Source of the DNA: Thermoguttaceae bacterium
Lineage (GTDB): Bacteria; Planctomycetota; Planctomycetia; Pirellulales; Thermoguttaceae
NCBI GenBank assembly: GCA_963674575.2
Contig: CAXXQT010000008.1
Span: 182,977-246,976 of the forward strand
DNA: 64,000 nt
Reading direction: 5' to 3'
The position numbers and the translations under genes were made by a program. The notes beneath the pieces were generated by a model. That model was not told the DNA's origin. It ran no database searches and saw nothing but the letters and a program-made list of their open reading frames with translations. Each line of letters begins with the position of its first letter. Within the stretch, counting starts at the first letter, position 1. Below are positions 54,287 to 62,603 of the stretch, piece after piece.

Positions 54287-54701
54287 GCCATTTCCCTTCG
54301 GTGATGCCCCTGGCCTCAAGCGTCGCTTTTTCCTGCTCCAACTGGTCAATCTCCTGCCGGAGCCGAGCGATTTCCGCATCAAGGGGGGAACTATCCGCTG
54401 GCAAGTTTTCGGGCGGGCCGCCGTCCGCTTGCCCCTGCTTCTTCCGCTGCGAGCTCCATGTGCCCACGAAGGTCCCAACCGTCGCACCGCCGGTCGCCCC
54501 CAACACTCCCCCGACGATCGCCCCAACAAGCAAACCCAGCAGATCGGCGAGAAAGCGCCCGAGAGCTCCCATTTCAGAAAGAAGCGGACCTTCCCGGAAG
54601 TGCGCCTGACCAAGCCACACACCCAACATCACCCCAAGGATTCCGCCAACCATGCCAAAGGAACAACTCCCCGACACTGCCCTTATCCGCAACCCGTCCA
54701 T
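54216..54701 (-). CDS. Small membrane protein: glycine-zipper TM segments plus C-terminal coiled coil
   Basis: ATG at 54701 (codon 205 of track ORF 54216..55313). FGMVGGILGVMLGVWLG and LLGLLVGAIVGGVLGATGGATVGTFVG, then DAEIARLRQEIDQLEQEKATLEARG. Confidence 0.55.
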   Translation of the reverse strand: MDGLRIRAVSGSCSFGMVGGILGVMLGVWLGQAHFREGPLLSEMGALGRFLADLLGLLVGAIVGGVLGATGGATVGTFVGTWSSQRKKQGQADGGPPENLPADSSPLDAEIARLRQEIDQLEQEKATLEARGITEGKWHAQEVCARRKEIRNVAQAPSRDS

Positions 54702-54788
54702 CAACCGGCCTCCATCGCCACCTTTCTCGCCTTGCCCCCGAACAGGCAAATCAAGACATGAACTCGCGTGCCCTTTTCGCACGACAGC

Positions 54789-54817
54789 ATGATAGCCTAA
54801 AGGAAACGAGTCAGCAA
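54789..54817 (-). promoter_or_regulatory. Possible promoter for the island genes (TTGCTG-N17-TATCAT on the minus strand)
   Basis: The -35 is the reverse complement of 54812-54817 and the -10 of 54789-54794. It sits immediately downstream of the terminator of the DUF1559 operon. Confidence 0.25.
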
Positions 54818-54836
54818 AGCTCGCAAGAAACAGCAA

Positions 54837-54863
54837 CAGCGGGCCCGATGATCGGGCCCGCTG
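54837..54863 (-). terminator. Terminator hairpin after the DUF1559-lipoprotein operon
   Basis: cagcgggccc-gatgatc-gggcccgctg is a perfect palindrome. On the minus strand it is followed by ttgctgtttctt. Confidence 0.6.
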
Positions 54864-54907
54864 TGAGCGAGACGCTGAAAGGAAGGCGGGGGATACTGCC
54901 CCGTCGC

Positions 54908-55354
54908 CTACGGAGCCTCCTCTGCCTTGGCCGAGCCGCCTTTGCCCAGTTCGTCGGCCAGTTCGATATCCAGGGTGGCGTCGCCGACGGGCAGGTCGAA
55001 CGACTTGACATAGAGATCTCCACCCCCGATCGGGGAACCGTAGGGATTGAAGTCGGGATCCGGATTCTTGCCGTCGAAGGCCTGCACCGTGATCCGGTGC
55101 GGACCGCCGACAAATCCGACGCCGTCGGCTCCGGAATCGAACTTGCCATCCTTGATGGCGGCCGATCCCGCGGCGCCGCTGTTGCCGGCGCTGGAGTCCG
55201 GTTCGAACATGACCGTGCCCATCGGCACGGGCTCGCCCTGGTAGGTCACCGTGCCCGAGATCCGGTAGCGTTTGGGGCCCTTGTCGCCGCCGCAGCCGAG
55301 CAGGCACACGCACGCGGCTGCAATCAAGAGATATTGAAAGATGGATTTCGCCAT
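54908..55354 (-). CDS. Lipoprotein (carboxypeptidase-regulatory-like fold suspected), usual partner of DUF1559 genes
   Basis: MAKSIFQYLLIAAACVCLLGC lipobox, then YRISGTVTYQGEPVPMGTVMFEP. Confidence 0.75.
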   Translation of the reverse strand: MAKSIFQYLLIAAACVCLLGCGGDKGPKRYRISGTVTYQGEPVPMGTVMFEPDSSAGNSGAAGSAAIKDGKFDSGADGVGFVGGPHRITVQAFDGKNPDPDFNPYGSPIGGGDLYVKSFDLPVGDATLDIELADELGKGGSAKAEEAP

Positions 55355-55405
55355 GCTGATCACTTGTTCCTTCTTGAGTCGAAGCAAAACGGAGAATCGC
55401 CGTTT

Positions 55406-56287
55406 TTACGGCAACGTGGTCGGCTCGCCGGCGCCGCGGCTGGCCGCCGATCGATAGATGTTCATGTCGATCGTCTCGGAGACGAACTTAACGGAACCGT
55501 CCATCATGCCGACATTCATTCCTCCGGGATGCTCGCTTCCGTAGCCCCCGTTGTTGAACTTCATGGTGAGCGTTCCGTCTTTGCCGGCGTTAATAGGCCA
55601 CCGGTGATTCTTCGTGCTCAGCAGCGCCACCCCGTTGTACCAGTAGAGGCCGCGAGTCCAGGCGCGGTAGAAGGGGTACTTGTCCCAGGCGACTTCTCCG
55701 ATTCCGATCGTGTTCGACGTTCCATCCTTGATGTCTCGGAACCTGAGCGTGCTTCGCAAGGCGAACACGCCCTCGACGGCATATTCTCCGAAGCTGCCAC
55801 TCCCTTCCCGGCTTGTGTCGCGTTCGTATTCCTCGTTCGTCAACGGGTTCGTGCCGATGGGGCCCGAGTTGCCGTAGTAGTGCGTCGTGTAGCAACCGTC
55901 TTCCGCGCTGCGGAGCGACTCTTCCTGGGAGCAGCTCGGGCACAGGAAGGTGACGATCCGGTTCTCCGCCAGCGGCAGATTGTTCGTGTAGTTGCCGGCG
56001 TAGGAGATTTGGTCGTACAAGGGCTGTTGCTCGATGAACGGAAGAAGGCGGCAGAGGTAGCTGATCGTGCCGTTGCCGCCGACGCTCGAAGGCGGAAATC
56101 TCTTGTTCACGTCGTGGTAGTTGTGCAAGGACAGCACCAACTGCTTCACGTGGTTGGTGCACTGGGCCCGCCGGGCCGCCTCCCGCGCCGATTGAACGGC
56201 GGGCAACAGCAGAGCAATCAGAATGCCGATGATGGCGATCACCACCAGCAACTCGACGAGCGTGAACCCGTTCGTTCTGGTCTTCAT
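55406..56287 (-). CDS. DUF1559 protein with prepilin-type N-terminal cleavage/methylation domain (H-X9-DG family)
   Basis: GFTLVELLVVIAIIGILIALLLPAVQSAREAARR, DGTSNTI, and HPGGMNVGMMDGSVKF. Confidence 0.9.
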   Translation of the reverse strand: MKTRTNGFTLVELLVVIAIIGILIALLLPAVQSAREAARRAQCTNHVKQLVLSLHNYHDVNKRFPPSSVGGNGTISYLCRLLPFIEQQPLYDQISYAGNYTNNLPLAENRIVTFLCPSCSQEESLRSAEDGCYTTHYYGNSGPIGTNPLTNEEYERDTSREGSGSFGEYAVEGVFALRSTLRFRDIKDGTSNTIGIGEVAWDKYPFYRAWTRGLYWYNGVALLSTKNHRWPINAGKDGTLTMKFNNGGYGSEHPGGMNVGMMDGSVKFVSETIDMNIYRSAASRGAGEPTTLP

Positions 56288-56373
56288 AGCGTCAAGTCCT
56301 CCCCGAAAAAGATAAGGATAAATACTGAAGCGGCCCGCAGGCCGGTTCGCCCAGGCTCGTGTTGATGTGCCGA

Positions 56374-57777
56374 CTATGGGATCGGCAAAAACTGTATGGC
56401 GTCGGCTGTGACGAAACCGTTTGCGCCCTCATTGCTCACGGTCACAACTGCCGGACGGTCGGCGTCGAAGTGGAAGACTCCCAGAGAAACGAACAGCCCG
56501 TCGATCGGCGGAACCCCTCGCTGATCGAGGCGAATTCGCTCGACGCCTCCGGAAGACTCAATATCGATCGGCACGTTTGAGGCGCGCTCGTAGGGCTCAC
56601 CTTGCACGAACGACGAGTACGACATCCTCACTTCGTAACGTCCCGTCTTCGGCAGATTCGCGGCAAAACGAATCGACTTGGCGCCCTGGTCCGCTTTCAT
56701 GTCGTGGTAGTACCAGTCGCCGACCCATTTGCCGCTCACTCGGCTGCAGATCCAGTCGCCGGAACAATTGGTGCGTCCGGCGTCGACGACGATGCCGTCG
56801 AGATCCATGATGCTCACGCCGCTGCGGTTTCCGCAGGTGACGCGTTTGTGCCAGTCAAAGATGTTGAACGACTCTGAATTTCGATCTCGGATTCCTTCGG
56901 GGCGGCTTGCCTCCGTGTTCTTCACGCCTTCGAAACGGATGGCCTCGCCGCTCGAAAGCCGCTCCGGGGTTGTGCCGGCTGTCGAGGTGTTGGAGGCAGG
57001 CTCTTGCTCGAACACATCGATGGCGCCTTCGAAGACGGCCACGTCGGTCTTGCCGGCCCGATCCACCTTCACTCCGAATTCCGTGCTCAGATCGACCACG
57101 TTGACCTGGGGCGTGTCGATGGTGAAACCTTCGCCCCCCGTCCATGCGCGGGCCGTGATGATTCCCGTGTCCATGCGAATGCGTTTCTCTCCCACGATCT
57201 CCATGTCGGCGGGGCCCTCGAGGACCATCTGCACGCCGCAGTCGAATACCAGGGTCAGACGCCCGCTCTCGATGCTGATCCGATTGCCCGGGCTCAGACG
57301 CTGATGCATCCCGTAGGCTTCGTTTTCGTCGTGCCATACGACGTCGTTGAAACCGACAACGCACGCCACCAAGTCATCCGCTTTCGGTGCGGTTGGCGCT
57401 TGCTGATCCGGTGCGTTGCCCCGTTCCGTTCCGTCAAGCGGTACGGGCTCGACTTGACCCGTCCCCGATTTGGCCAACGTCGGCTCGCTGCCGTCTGGTC
57501 TCGGAATGACCGAGAGAAACGCCAGGAGGGCCAGCAGGACAAGTCCTGCCGTTGCGACCACTCCGGTGAGACGCCAATTGCCATGACGCGAGGCCGTCGT
57601 CATCAAGACAAGATTGGCACTTTCCGGCGTTTGGGGAGGGGGCTCGTCGTTTGGTGCGGAGACGTTCGGCGGTGAATTCTCGCCCTCGCGATTCTGGCGG
57701 AAGATTCGGCTCCGCAGATTAGCCGGCGGGCGGGGCGGTGGAAACTGTCGCAACCAGTGTTCGAAATCGTGGTTCAT
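56374..57777 (-). CDS. FecR-family anti-sigma factor with C-terminal golvesin-C-terminal-like (carbohydrate-binding-type) domain
   Basis: TM helix LTGVVATAGLVLLALLAFL. FecR core LTLVFDCGVQMVLEGPADMEI...GFTIDTPQVNVVDLSTEFGVKVD...VAVFEGAIDV. C-terminus GRYEVRMSYSSF...RASNVPIDIES...GANGFVTADAIQFLPI. The ATGA overlaps the sigma gene. Confidence 0.8.
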   Translation of the reverse strand: MNHDFEHWLRQFPPPRPPANLRSRIFRQNREGENSPPNVSAPNDEPPPQTPESANLVLMTTASRHGNWRLTGVVATAGLVLLALLAFLSVIPRPDGSEPTLAKSGTGQVEPVPLDGTERGNAPDQQAPTAPKADDLVACVVGFNDVVWHDENEAYGMHQRLSPGNRISIESGRLTLVFDCGVQMVLEGPADMEIVGEKRIRMDTGIITARAWTGGEGFTIDTPQVNVVDLSTEFGVKVDRAGKTDVAVFEGAIDVFEQEPASNTSTAGTTPERLSSGEAIRFEGVKNTEASRPEGIRDRNSESFNIFDWHKRVTCGNRSGVSIMDLDGIVVDAGRTNCSGDWICSRVSGKWVGDWYYHDMKADQGAKSIRFAANLPKTGRYEVRMSYSSFVQGEPYERASNVPIDIESSGGVERIRLDQRGVPPIDGLFVSLGVFHFDADRPAVVTVSNEGANGFVTADAIQFLPIP

Positions 57778-58328
57778 GCCTGCTTCTGTTCCTTATCGAG
57801 ATAGCCACGCAGTTCTCGAAGCCCTCGCCGATACCACGACGCAACCGTGTTGATCGAATCGTTTCGCATCTCCGAGATTTCGCGGAAGGTCAGCCCGGAA
57901 TAGAGGTGCTGAAGAATCACCTCTCGTTGAGTTTCAGGAAGCATGTCCAGAGCCTGATTCAATCTGACATGGTCCTCGGCCCGGGAGGCCTGCTCTTCGA
58001 CACCTGGGGAGGTGTCGAAAAAGGAGTCATTGGGCAGTCCGCTCGAAGGCCTCTTCCTGCGGACTACCTGGAGAGCAGCATTGCGCACGGCACGAAAGGT
58101 GTAACGTTTCAGATCCTTTGGCTGGCAGTCGATCGCCAGCAGACTGCAGAAGGCATCGTGGACGGCATCTGCGGCCAGTTCGCGGCAGCGGGTGACGGCA
58201 AGCGCACACGCGAACAACTCAACTTCGTAGAGGTCGTAGATATCCTCCAGCCGAGTCGCCAGGGGCTTCGACGCCAGATGTGCACGTTGCCTCAGACGAA
58301 ACCTGCCAGGGCTGGTTCCGGCATGCAT
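57774..58328 (-). CDS. ECF-type RNA polymerase sigma factor
   Basis: Region 2 reads LYEVELFACALAVTRCRELAADAVHDAF and region 4 reads LPETQREVILQHLYSGLTFREISEMRNDSINTVASWYRRGLRELR. The start is set at the ATG at 58328. Confidence 0.8.
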   Translation of the reverse strand: MHAGTSPGRFRLRQRAHLASKPLATRLEDIYDLYEVELFACALAVTRCRELAADAVHDAFCSLLAIDCQPKDLKRYTFRAVRNAALQVVRRKRPSSGLPNDSFFDTSPGVEEQASRAEDHVRLNQALDMLPETQREVILQHLYSGLTFREISEMRNDSINTVASWYRRGLRELRGYLDKEQKQA

Positions 58329-58656
58329 TCGCGGCGGTCGCTGCGAGCGACCGGTCAATTTTCGGGGAATCGGCAACGACACAAAGGCTCCTCTCAGCAC
58401 GAAGGCCGGGAGCGAGTGCACAATTCCCCAACCTCCAAACACCCACCAAGATGCTCAGTTGTGTCACATTTGTGCAAGAAATGCGAGAGAATCCCAAAAA
58501 AGTTTGCAGAGATCCGGCTCTATCGAGGGGGTGGCTGGTCCCGGAGCGAAGCGATGGGCGTGGTGATTGAGCGATCCACGCCCATCGCTCGGGCTCTGAG
58601 CGTGCCACCCATGTCAGCCATGCCCAGCGCTGGCTGAGACGCCCAAGAAAGAGCAA

Positions 58657-58689
58657 GGCGGGACGCCTTGCCCAGCAAGACGTCCCGCC
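58657..58689 (-). terminator. Terminator hairpin downstream of the OMF gene
   Basis: ggcgggacg ... cgtcccgcc with inner cttg/caag pairing. On the minus strand it is followed by ttgctctttctt. Confidence 0.5.
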
Positions 58690-58736
58690 CTTCGTCGCCT
58701 ATTGTCTTCGCCGCTCTCGCGACCTGATCTCCCCGG

Positions 58737-60410
58737 CTACAGGGGCCGCCGAGCCATCACGGGCACCGGGGACGGGGCACCCGGGAGCGGGCCGGGAAGC
58801 GGGGCCGCTGTATTCTCCGCCGGAGTTGGCACGCCGTCCCGAGCATCGAACATGGGGACCTCGCCCGATTGGAGCCGTGTTTGCCAGCCTCCTCCCAACG
58901 CCTTGTAGACGGCAATCAGGTTGAGCGCCACCTTGCCGCGAGACTCCGCCAGATTGTCCTGCTGCATGACCAGGGCTCGTTGCGTGTCCAGCACTCGCTG
59001 ATAGTCCGCGAAACCCTGTTCGTATTGCAGCATGGCAATCTCGGTCGCCTTGGCCGTTTCATGAACGCCCTCCGTAAGGAGCTGGACTCGCACCTTCTCC
59101 TTGAGGAAGGCGACGATTCCGTCTTCCACTTCCTTGTTGGCCTTCAGAACCGTGTCCTGGTAGCGGAAGACCAACTGGCAGAACCTCGCATTCTGAACAA
59201 GGATGTTGTTGCGAAGCCGACCGTAATTCAGGATGTTCCACTGGAAACCCGGCCCGATGGAACCGGTAACGCTCTCCCATGCGAACAAATCCTGAAACTG
59301 TTCGGAGTTGAACGCGATCGTGCCGCTGATTCCGATGTGCGGATAGAGTTCCGCCTCGGCGATACCGATCTGAGCACACTGGGCGGCCGCTTCCCGTTCC
59401 GCTTGGCGAATGTCGGGCCGACGGCATATCAGTTCTGCCGGGATTCCAACGACAACCTCGGGCGGCACTGCGGGAATCGCCTTGGGCCCATTTCTGAGGA
59501 CCTGAAGCTGTTGCGGAGGCAATCCCAGCAGGATGCAAAGCCCCGTCTCCGCCTTCCGGTGCCCTTCTTCCAGAGCCGGAATCAACGACCGGGTCGCGGC
59601 AAGTGCAGATTTCGCCTGACGCAGGTCCAACTCGCTGACCACGCCCTGGTCGAAGCGGTGCTGGATGATCTGGAGCGTCCGTTTCTGGAGTTCCACATTC
59701 TCGTGCGCCAGGGCCAGTCGCTCCTCCATCGTGCGGAGTTGCAGATAGGCCGAGGCCACCTCGGCCTGAATGATGACCAGAATGTCGTCGTAACTGGCCA
59801 CCTGGGCATCCAGGTTGGCGTCGGATGATTCGATTCCCCGACGGATGCGACCCCAGATATCAAGCTCCCAAGAGGCATCGAATCCCGCAAGCCAGTCGTC
59901 GTAGTGCTTCCGGATCGGGAACTCGCCGAACGGGAATGCCGTGTCGCTCATCTCGTTGCGACCGTAGCTGCCCACCATTCGCTGTTGCTGCGGGAACAGG
60001 TTCCCTTCAGCAATACCCCGCTGGGCCCTGGCCTCCACAATCCGTTGGCAGGCCATCTTGAGCGTGAGGTTCTCCCGCGATGCCGTGTCGACCAGTTCGT
60101 TCAGCACGGGATCCTGGAAAACGGCCCACCAATAACTGTAGTCCGTGGCTTCGCTCACCACAGCCTCGTCCGCCTCGTCAAGCCACTCGTCGGCCACGGA
60201 AGCGCCGGGTCGGCAGTAATCGGGACCCACCTTGAAATCGTTCCCCCACCATTGGTGGAGACTGGTGCATCCTGTCGTCACCAGGATCACTGCCACAGAA
60301 ACGGCAATCCAGACGCGAGGCCCGATCGCCAAATGCGTCCAATGTGGGGTATGGGGACTCTCCCCTGCCTGGCCCTTGCCCCCAAGGTTCAGCGTCTTGT
60401 TCTCTGTCAC
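58737..60410 (-). CDS. RND efflux outer-membrane factor lipoprotein (NodT family)
   Basis: Lipobox ILVTTGCTS. Two repeated OEP-type coiled halves (FPQQQRMVGSY..., RSLIPALEEGHRKAETGLCILLG...). GTG start. Confidence 0.85.
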   Translation of the reverse strand: MTENKTLNLGGKGQAGESPHTPHWTHLAIGPRVWIAVSVAVILVTTGCTSLHQWWGNDFKVGPDYCRPGASVADEWLDEADEAVVSEATDYSYWWAVFQDPVLNELVDTASRENLTLKMACQRIVEARAQRGIAEGNLFPQQQRMVGSYGRNEMSDTAFPFGEFPIRKHYDDWLAGFDASWELDIWGRIRRGIESSDANLDAQVASYDDILVIIQAEVASAYLQLRTMEERLALAHENVELQKRTLQIIQHRFDQGVVSELDLRQAKSALAATRSLIPALEEGHRKAETGLCILLGLPPQQLQVLRNGPKAIPAVPPEVVVGIPAELICRRPDIRQAEREAAAQCAQIGIAEAELYPHIGISGTIAFNSEQFQDLFAWESVTGSIGPGFQWNILNYGRLRNNILVQNARFCQLVFRYQDTVLKANKEVEDGIVAFLKEKVRVQLLTEGVHETAKATEIAMLQYEQGFADYQRVLDTQRALVMQQDNLAESRGKVALNLIAVYKALGGGWQTRLQSGEVPMFDARDGVPTPAENTAAPLPGPLPGAPSPVPVMARRPL

Positions 60411-60717
60411 TTGACCCTCCTAGTCAAGAATCTGGGCATTTGCGTGCAACTCGGCAAATTGGGATTCATGAGTATCGTCGGTAAATTCGCGACAAGCCGA
60501 TTACCAATCCTCCCTCCGGAAACCAATCTACCCAGACACCCGCCCGGGCAATCGCCATGACCGGAATGACCCGTCCATGTCGAATAATTTCTCTCCAAAT
60601 GAACTCGAATTGACCGAATGACCTTGACGATGACCGACCAGTCACCTATCTTAATCACGGGTCAAGTGCCCTCTCGTGGCGGGTGTATGTCAGGATTTCG
60701 GGCTTCGGAGGCAGGTG

Positions 60718-61323
60718 ATGACGAATCTCATGGCTCGGCGAAAGACTCTCGTCGATTCGATGATGCGCGACGCAATCTACCAGGGGGCACTCGCCGTCCT
60801 GGGAGAACATGGCCTCAACGGAGCGACCATGGATCGTGTGGCCGCCGCGGCAGGCGTTGCCAAGGGCAGCCTCTACAACTACTTCCGCAGCAAGGACGAA
60901 CTGCTCACCTTCGTCCACGAGAAGACGCTTCAGCCCCTGTTTGAATCCAACGAAAAGACTGCCAGGTCGGACCAATCGGCCGCGAAAAAACTGGAGGCCA
61001 TGACCCGGAGTTGGCGCCACCACGTGCGGGATCATCGGGCGACCTTTCAGATCCTGATCCGCAATAGCAATTGCGAAGGGGTTTTCAAAGAGGCCACGGC
61101 GAAGGGCGAGGCGGCTACCGTCGGCTTGATCGCCGAGATTATCCAGGCCGGAATCGACGGGGGAGAATTCCGCCCGCTCAATGCGAAGTATCTCGCGGAG
61201 ATGCTGTTGGCTGCGGCCAAGGGAGCTCTGGAGGCGGAATTCATGGAAGGCTCGCAACGCGAGGATGATGAGGTGATAGACACGCTGTTGGCTGTCTTCC
61301 TTCACGGCATGTCCGCAAATTAG
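60718..61323 (+). CDS. TetR-family transcriptional regulator
   Basis: HTH reads AIYQGALAVLGEHGLNGATMDRVAAAAGVAKGSLYNYFRSKDELL. It is divergent from the OMF gene and upstream of the MFP and RND genes. Confidence 0.85.
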   Translation: MTNLMARRKTLVDSMMRDAIYQGALAVLGEHGLNGATMDRVAAAAGVAKGSLYNYFRSKDELLTFVHEKTLQPLFESNEKTARSDQSAAKKLEAMTRSWRHHVRDHRATFQILIRNSNCEGVFKEATAKGEAATVGLIAEIIQAGIDGGEFRPLNAKYLAEMLLAAAKGALEAEFMEGSQREDDEVIDTLLAVFLHGMSAN

Positions 61324-61382
61324 GTGTCTTCCTTCGCGAGCGGTGTGCAAATTAGGAAAGAAATTCAGAGGACTCGGGAACG

Positions 61383-62603
61383 ATGAAGAGAGCTGGAAGA
61401 ATCGTGGTCGGCGCGGTCGTGTTGGCCGGCCTTTGCGCGGTGGTGGCCGGAGCGTTTCTCGCCTCCAAGAGCGGCGAGGCCAAGGAGCAATCCGTCTCGT
61501 CGGACAGTCCTGAGAAGTTGGGCTCCCCCGTCCCGGTGGTCGTCACCGCGGCGAAGGAAATGGTCTTTGAGAGCCGTGTCGTCGTTTCGGGCAACGTGGA
61601 GTCGAAACGTTACGCCCTTGTTTCCGCCCGAATTCCCGGCTCGTTGGACGCCGTGTTCGTTGATGAGGGCGACGTGGTCGAGGCCGGCAAGACCGAGCTT
61701 TTCCAAACCGACTCGGTCAAGCTTTCCAAGGCCGTGGCTCTCGCCGCCCAGGAACTCACGGTGGCGGAGTGCTCCGTTCGCGAAAAACAGGCCAACCTGG
61801 AACAATCCCTCGCCCAGAACGAGCAGGCGGCCAAGGATCTGGAACGCTATCGTGAACTGGCGAAGAAAAACGCCGTTTCCGCCCAGATGTTCGAGCAGCA
61901 GAGCACCCAAGCCAAGCAGACCGCGGCGATGGTCAAGCACAAGCAAGCCCTGATTTCCCTGGCCGAGGCTCAGTTGGAGCAGGCACGCCTGTCGCTTAAG
62001 ATCGCCGAGAAGGACATGGCCGATTCGCTCGTCGTGGCCCCGATCAACGGTCGCGTTTCCGAGCGGATGAAAGAGCCCGGCGAAATGGCCGCGGCCGGAA
62101 CCCCCGTCGTCAAAATCGAGGATCTCTCCGTCCTTGAGGTCTCCGTGTACATTCCCGAGGAGTTCTACGGGAAAGTCCAACCGGGGAAGACTCAGATGCG
62201 AGTCCGTGTCAGCGGAACGGATCTCGGGACCCGTCCGGTCAGCTACAAGAGCCCCACCGTCCATTCCAAGTTGCGGACCTTCGAGGTCAAGGGAATCGTT
62301 GAGAATCCCCCGGAGCAGGTTGTTCCGGGATGCCTGGCCGAGGTCTGGATCGTGCTCGACTCGCGACCGGGGATCGGCGTCCCGACCGCCGCCATTCAGC
62401 AACGAGGCGATCGGAAGGTCGTTTTCGTCGTTGAGGGAGGCAGTCGAGTCCGGATGATCCCCGTCGAGATCGGGCGGGAGACGGAGGGCTGGACCGAAGT
62501 GACCTCGGGCCAGTTGCCCGCCGATTCCCTGATCATCTCCATGGGGCAGACCCTGGTTGAGGACGGCTCGGCCGTTTCCCTCGTCGAGGAGGGCGGCAAG
62601 TGA
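61383..62603 (+). CDS. RND efflux periplasmic adaptor (MFP/HlyD family)
   Basis: N-terminal TM helix, long coiled-coil hairpin (…EQSLAQNEQAAKDLERYRELAKK…LEQARLSLKIAEKD), then VVAPINGRVSER. Confidence 0.85.
   Translation: MKRAGRIVVGAVVLAGLCAVVAGAFLASKSGEAKEQSVSSDSPEKLGSPVPVVVTAAKEMVFESRVVVSGNVESKRYALVSARIPGSLDAVFVDEGDVVEAGKTELFQTDSVKLSKAVALAAQELTVAECSVREKQANLEQSLAQNEQAAKDLERYRELAKKNAVSAQMFEQQSTQAKQTAAMVKHKQALISLAEAQLEQARLSLKIAEKDMADSLVVAPINGRVSERMKEPGEMAAAGTPVVKIEDLSVLEVSVYIPEEFYGKVQPGKTQMRVRVSGTDLGTRPVSYKSPTVHSKLRTFEVKGIVENPPEQVVPGCLAEVWIVLDSRPGIGVPTAAIQQRGDRKVVFVVEGGSRVRMIPVEIGRETEGWTEVTSGQLPADSLIISMGQTLVEDGSAVSLVEEGGK

Noticed and set aside
54458-56365. A 635-aa plus-strand ORF spanning the island edge, the lipoprotein gene and the DUF1559 gene.
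   Set aside because: It is antisense to three well-motivated minus-strand genes and its translation is low-complexity Arg/Ala/Gly.
58551-58588. A perfect 13-bp inverted repeat (gcgatgggcgtgg / ccacgcccatcgc) upstream of the ECF sigma gene.
   Set aside because: It is a single short hairpin in an intergenic region with no supporting context. I noted it but could not assign it as an operator or a terminator.
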